DNA of 64,000 nt from NCBI RefSeq assembly GCF_009914755.1, contig NC_060938.1. One strand, written 5' to 3'. Shown one piece after another: positions 1 through 64,000 of the stretch (the stretch's first letter is position 1; every line of letters begins with the position of its first letter). This DNA is from the human T2T-CHM13v2.0 reference genome, Homo sapiens. The notes under the pieces were generated by a model. The model was given only the letters and a program-made list of their open reading frames with translations, ran no database searches and had not been told where the DNA came from. The position numbers and the translations under genes are program-made.

Positions 1-193
1 AGCTGTTATTAAAAAGAAAAAAGAATAACCGGTTTCATTATTAGTATTAGTTCCTGATATTATCATTATCAAGGTTCAAGCCACAATATGACAATATGAT
101 TTAAAGGTTTATATCATTCCCTATACCTGGGCTACAGTCTCTATTCCTAGCTGCATTAGGTTAGGCTGTCACACGGATTCTTCCCCTTAGCTA

Positions 194-20120
<19,927 letters not shown>

Positions 20121-20639
20121 AGCTGGGGGAGGAACCTAGTTTTCGAAAGGAAAATAATATGCGCAAGCTTTAACTGAGCAGTGGGATGGTGTAAGTCAGA
20201 GGAAACAGATGACTTGAGGGGCTCTACAAACTTTTAGTTCCTTCCCACAACCCCACCCCCTGAGCCCAAGTCGCGGCAGCATCCTTCCAGTCGGCCAGTC
20301 CCCTTGCTGCAGTTCATGAAAACTGGCACTATTCTATGGCTTCCCCCAAATAACCGTTACTTCAGTTAATTAGAAACAAAACATAAATGGTTCCTGATGA
20401 CATTCTTGCTCCCTGTCTCTTCTAAAAACTTGGAGTTTGAATCCAGAAGTTTGCCTACCTACCATTTACCTTAAATAATTCCCTTGCCTTTAGCCAGCTG
20501 GACAGTCTACATTTGTATATACCCTTTAGAGGAGTACAGATGACTTGTCTGCTGTAAGGCAATTTAGTATAAACAGTATTGAACTTAAGGAAAGTGGTGC
20601 TGAAATTACCCACCATTAACAACTCAAAATCAATACACT

Positions 20640-20696
20640 GGGTTTGAGCAAACATAGAACAAAGGAAGAGTGGAAAAGGATTAACTTAAATTTATT
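20640..20696 (-). terminator. CHD8 polyadenylation signal with downstream U/GU-rich element
   Basis: AATAAA on minus at 20696-20691, about 400 nt after the stop, followed by TTTTCCACTCTTCCTTTGTTCTATGTTTG. Confidence 0.8.
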
Positions 20697-21089
20697 AATG
20701 CCAAGGGGAAAGAAGGTAACAGTTCCTGACCCTCCAGCTGTATCCACAGTTCGGCCAGGAACAGGCTCTGCCAGAGGCTAGGGCCAGCGCTACATAGTCT
20801 GTGGTTAATGGAGGTGACTAGGGAGGGGTGAGCACACCAGCTGCTCTAGTCTCCTTTCCTTCCCCAGAAATGAGGAAGTGGTCATGTATTATTTTAGGAG
20901 TTCCCCTGCCCACCCAATCCTCTCATAATTGGGAGCAATCAGGTACATTTTTTTTTTTTTTTCCTTTTCACCTCCTGGAGTCCTGGACTTCCCCACATCT
21001 CCCCTGCCCCTCCCACGTTTCCATAGTCCAAGGGCCAGAGTAAATGAAAATACAGCAGCCGCCCAAGCAATGGGGCCCATGCTGGGGCT

Positions 21090-63636
<42,547 letters not shown>

Positions 63637-64000
63637 CTATAGAAACAAAGATACTACAATTTCAACTTGCTTGTAGTTAAATGGCCTAAATAAAATCCAG
63701 CTCTGAAGCAGGGGGGCTAGAAACTAGTTCTTTAATCCCTCAAGAATCAAGCTCAGACTAAATCTTATTGAACCTACACCTACTTTTTAAAATGTATTCT
63801 TTTGGTGGGAAAGGGGTGAGAAAAACCAAGAATTCTGCCAAAATAAACTTTAGTATCTTTTTGCTATGCTTCCATTAATATACATCTCCATTACCTCAGA
63901 AAAATTACAACTAATATACCCAATATTGGTCTCTGGCCTAACGGTAAAAAAATTCAAATTCTACTCTTGGCCTACCTTTTATCTGCCTGGGCGGGGAGAG

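Overview
Human (or very closely related primate) genomic DNA, recognisably the 14q11.2 SUPT16H-CHD8 locus. Two chromatin-regulator genes lie head-to-tail on the minus strand. The 3' 35 coding exons of CHD8 (63636 down to the stop at 21090; the 5' exons are outside the window) end about 1.3 kb upstream of the SUPT16H ATG (19403). The first 10 exons of SUPT16H (411 codons) then run off the left edge. All exon boundaries were read from the sequence and join in frame; CHD8 exon numbers follow the 38-exon model as I recall it. CHD8 introns host two paralogous U6-guiding C/D snoRNAs (SNORD9, SNORD8) and two antisense processed pseudogenes (UBA52-type and EIF4EBP1-type). There are about 50 Alus plus L1, MaLR and MER elements, with approximate boundaries and subfamily calls made by eye. 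The most unusual structure is a minisatellite at about 62706-63293 made from the CHD8 exon-4 end and its splice donor. It stacks 8 intact GTGAGT donors, and 7 of them lie behind an in-frame stop codon. Other notable points are a GC-AG intron in CHD8, a possible Duplin/CHD8S-like intronic termination after exon 10, and a ubiquitin(1-73) pseudogene ORF that lacks the GG tail. I found no evidence of a wholly new gene system.
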